A DNA stretch of 64,000 bases from Methanobacteriota archaeon (GTDB lineage Archaea; Halobacteriota; Bog-38; Methanoflorentales; Methanoflorentaceae): contig OY970393.1 of the NCBI GenBank assembly GCA_963720465.1, positions 2,048,001 to 2,112,000 of the forward strand, written 5' to 3'. The translations under genes and the position numbers were made by a program. The notes under the pieces were generated by a model. It was not told where the DNA came from, searched no databases, and saw nothing but the letters and a program-made list of their open reading frames with translations. Below are positions 60,574 through 64,000 of the stretch, one piece after another (the stretch's first letter is position 1; every line of letters begins with the position of its first letter).

Positions 60574-60990
60574 CTAGTTGCCAGCAAGCGGTTGTTGTTG
60601 AGCACGCTGTTGCAACATTCTTTGATTCATCATCCGCTGATAAATGGTGGGCTGAACCTCGTTGATTTTGTCCTTCTCAATATGAAATACGGGATTCTGT
60701 GTAATACCGAGGTCGTCTTCGTACGTTAGCAGCATGAACATCTGTTTCTTCTTCCACGCAAATGCGAAAAGACCCGTTAACAGCAATCGTGTCTTTGTTA
60801 GCTTGTCTTGCGACATGCTCGAAACGTTTGTTATATTTAGATAGGGTATCATGGTTGGAAACTCGGGTATTTCCAGATAATCCGGATTGAGCGCCAAATT
60901 CACATCCATTTCCTTTGGATACCCAGAATGCCCACCAAGATATTTTGCTTTGTACGAGAAGTCCGTTCCTTTTTTTCCAAATAGTGCCAT
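60574..60990 (-). CDS. Hypothetical protein, possibly PH-like fold
   Basis: YLGGH motif, IPYLNI, GLFAFAWKKK. Lies within the operon. Confidence 0.65.
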   Translation of the reverse strand: MALFGKKGTDFSYKAKYLGGHSGYPKEMDVNLALNPDYLEIPEFPTMIPYLNITNVSSMSQDKLTKTRLLLTGLFAFAWKKKQMFMLLTYEDDLGITQNPVFHIEKDKINEVQPTIYQRMMNQRMLQQRAQQQPLAGN

Positions 60991-61005
60991 AGTTTACAAC
61001 TCCGT

Positions 61006-61230
61006 TCAAATGATAGTTCGTTCTCCGTCCGCCTTTGGGTCAACAAAACTCTTTGTCCCGTTGACCGCGTTCTGCTGTATGTACTCCTCAAGCTGAGCTT
61101 TTGTGATACGGTATTGGTTGCCTATCCGAATCGCTTTCAGCTGTCCTTTCTTAATATGCTGATAGATTGTGGTTCGTGTAACCCGCAACATCGTCGCAAC
61201 TTCTAGTGGTGTGTAGAGTTTATCTATCAT
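61006..61230 (-). CDS. Excisionase-like HTH_17 DNA-binding protein
   Basis: LYTPLEVATMLRVTRTTIYQHIKKGQLKAIRIGNQYRI. Confidence 0.9.
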   Translation of the reverse strand: MIDKLYTPLEVATMLRVTRTTIYQHIKKGQLKAIRIGNQYRITKAQLEEYIQQNAVNGTKSFVDPKADGERTII

Positions 61231-61490
61231 TTTATAGCGGTTCTTAATGTTTTTTATAGTATATAATTATTGTCAATTTTATCAATAATATAAATCTTGG
61301 TTAATTCTTCAATATTTTACCTTAATTAACCCAGTTTTTAACTTTTTATTTAGATTATGTTAAATCCACAGCTCAGATTGGTGTGTAACGACACCGATTG
61401 CGTCACATACAAGAACAAAAGCAGAAGCAGATTTTTGGTCGTCCGTTGCACTCAGATGTACCTGTTTCAAAAAAAGAGAGGAAAAGACGA

Positions 61491-61550
61491 TTACAAGGTA
61501 ACCGTCAGATTGTTGGTAAAGTCGTTGTAAATTAGGCTTACTGGGTTAGC
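61491..61550 (-). pseudogene. 3' remnant of a third DUF4352-like gene
   Basis: ANPVSLIYNDFTNNLTVTL* resembles AKATTLTYNDDFNSVVTNLS* and is followed by a T-rich terminator. Confidence 0.6.
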
Positions 61551-61959
61551 ACGTCAGAGGAGCCTGTATCAGGCTCCGACCTCGTAGGACAAAAAGGTCG
61601 GAGAGACGGGCAAGCAGAATAGTTAGCGGTCGCTCTGCCATTTGTTCATAGTCGTCGACGGCCCAAACCCGCATATCGAAAAAAGAAAGAATGAGCTAGG
61701 AGCTACGGACTGCTAAAAGAAACGCGACATAACATCTTGGCTGGAGCTGCTTAAAAACTCTGTTATTTCCAAAGATAGGTTCGACATGTTTAGGGCACAG
61801 GAAAGCCAAGGAGCGCCACATTTCTTTGAGCTTTGCAATTGGAACCCTGTCCAACGGGTCGCGATTAACCTCTAAGTTAGCGAACGAGGAACTCGTCATC
61901 TTGAACTCAACCTCCATATAAAAAAGAAAGAGTTTTTTTTAAGTGGCATGGCATCTATT

Positions 61960-63760
61960 CTACAGCCACTCCTGATCGCAGAGACATATCTTTAACAAAA
62001 GTAGGATCTTGGACTCAGCAAGACACTCCGGCTGATTAATGCCTGCTGAGTATCGCTCTTGATAAGGAGCTTCCGACCTCTCAAAACGTACCACTAACTC
62101 GCTATTTTCACTTCTTATGCGTGTGATGTGTTTTATCCCACTTAGGCGCGATAACGCTTTGTTGACAAGTCTTCCAAACATATTCTCTTCGGGCCCTGTT
62201 TCACGGAAATCCAACAGTTGTTTCCGGAATTTTGCCGCAATAGAATCAACGTTTGTTCTGGCGTAGTCGTAGAGAGATTGACCATAATCGGTCCTCAAAT
62301 CGTATGATCTCGATTCTCTTCCAAGTTGAACAATACTCTGGAGAGTATTATCAAACAAAAAGATATTCTCAGCTTCTATAGCAGCGACACTTAGTTTTGT
62401 TGATGCATTCAGACACTGATAAACGTACTGAGAGTCGGAGATGCCTATCGCTGCTTTTCCACCGGCCTTTATAAAATTCGAAAAACTTAAACTCCATCCT
62501 CTTTCCGGCATCATGCGCATTTCGGCGCCTTTTTCTCCCGCACCACGGGCGATAAATATTGGTATCAACGATGCTTGATTGTTCTCGTGTTGAAGGAGAT
62601 CTTCCACAATTGTTGCCATAATATCCATTAAAAACCTAGCAAATCCGATGCCTGGCTTACTCCAAAGCGTGTGTGATGTACGGTTTTCATATGCTGACTG
62701 AAGTTTGTCCGCTTCTGTCAGTACGTATGAGCCACAGATATTCATGAATTGCGTGGCAAACAGATCGCTTACTTCAGGTCTGATCGTCGCTAAGCCAAGA
62801 TTTAAGAGAGTAATCCTAAGGATTTCAACTAGTCTCACGCGGGTTCGACCTTCGATAAACTCCTTATTAGCTTGCTCTTCCTCTCGCGTTGGATAACCAA
62901 GCTCAGAGATTAGTCCAATCGCTTCTAGCGCTCGTTCTACAACTTGTTCAAACGTATGAATGTCGTGGTTTTCGATAGCAACGATGCCGAGATTTACAAG
63001 AAAATGAAATGGGTCTCTGGTATCAGGAGACTCTTTGATCTTAACAGAAGGGGATAGAAATGATAGTTGATTCCACCAACCAACGCCCTTTAGCGGCTGA
63101 TCGTCTATATCCATGTCCTGAAGCTCTTGCTGATACGCTTCGATGATCGGTATATATCGCTTCAGGAAATCCCGCAGCGGTATCTCAGACGCTTCTTTTT
63201 CTAGCATCGTAGAAGGCGAGCCTTCATACCGCGCTATTTTTCCAAGTAATAGACCGCCACACGCGACTAACGGTAAGAACACTAGAGCGGCTAGGGAGGG
63301 TAATGCGTTATCTGTCACTGTTCCAAACACAAACAGGGTGCCCAGCAAAATTACAGCGGACAAAGAGACCTGCGAAGACGGGGCCGACCTCAGCAAGGCG
63401 CGATATGGAAATAGCTGGTATTCGAGGAAAGAGAAATTTATCGCAAATACGGCAATGGTTATGTTACTGACCAGGAGTGCATCCACATAAACATTCAATG
63501 GCGTATTCCATCCAAGGATAGCCAAGATCACCGCGAGAGTCAATCAAGAATGAAGCGATTAGTATCAGTGATTGTTCTCCAACCTTAGTCAGCGTCAAAT
63601 GCGTGCTTCGTGCTTGAAGCTTAACTCTTTCAAGCCACTCTTTGGTTTTAGAGGGCTGATCTGGCCTTTGCTCCTCGAATGAGTTACCACAATTCTTGCA
63701 AAAACGTGCGTTTTCCGAGCTATTATATCCGCATTTCTTGCAGAATCGGAATTTATACAT
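61960..63760 (-). CDS. Zinc-ribbon + multi-TM + helical-domain protein, frameshifted near 63545
   Basis: ORF 63760 (CKKCG..FCKNCG) and ORF 63543 overlap within a hydrophobic segment. GC is lower than in the host genes. Confidence 0.6.
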
Positions 63761-63851
63761 CTAGTGTAGGATGCAAATACCTTGAAGATAATATTTGCTT
63801 TTTTCAGATGATCCAGCTACAATTCCGTCTGACGGGAGCCACGATCTACGC

Positions 63852-64000
63852 TTAAATGTTACAAATAAGGATCTCTCTCGCTTGGCTTCGCTCTTCGCAC
63901 TTGCGGTCTTCGAAGATTTCGAGCACCGAAATCGCAAGTTTTTCTGCGTCGTGTGTGCACATTACCTGCTGCAACACTTCAATGATCTGGCGGCGGGTGG
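63852..64000 (-). CDS. 3' end of a hypothetical gene cut by the window edge, paralog of 18948-19314
   Basis: RQIIEVLQQVMCTHDAEKLAISVLEIFED...*. Confidence 0.6.
   Translation of the reverse strand, partial: TRRQIIEVLQQVMCTHDAEKLAISVLEIFEDRKCEERSQAREILICNI

Noticed and set aside
1-64000. tRNA or rRNA genes and IS transposases
   Set aside because: No complete cloverleaf, rRNA-like segment or DDE/HUH transposase motif was recognised.

Overview
Archaeal chromosomal window, most consistent with a Methanomicrobia-like (Halobacteriota) methanogen. This is inferred from gene families and from a Methanosarcina-type CRISPR repeat and cas gene order. Housekeeping genes occupy 1-17.4 kb: elp3, hom, serB, glyA, a TrkA-type K+ channel and a complete tgtA-arcS-raSEA archaeosine operon. 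More lie at 49.6-56.0 kb: satP, a two-gene split family B DNA polymerase, DUF151, hisH and an AIR-synthase-like gene. Between them is a ~32 kb accessory tract containing degraded mobile-element cargo, an HD-domain gene, a full type I-B CRISPR-Cas locus (cas8b-7-5-3-6-1-2-4), an array of 59 identical 37-bp repeats, a Csa3-like CARF regulator, a compact nurA-herA-mre11-rad50 operon and a small satellite-like element. A second island (56-64 kb) carries a tyrosine recombinase, an excisionase-like HTH and lipoprotein cargo paralogous to that of the first tract. The standout observation is three oversized spacers of 124, 83 and 65 bp against the usual 33-39 bp. The two longest read as uninterrupted protein-coding DNA, so they look like single long acquisitions. 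They sit next to a Cas4 whose QxxxY motif reads QxxxQ and a DNA end-resection operon. Several single-base frameshifts fall in short homopolymers and may be sequencing errors. All family assignments come from motif recognition by eye; no database search was run.
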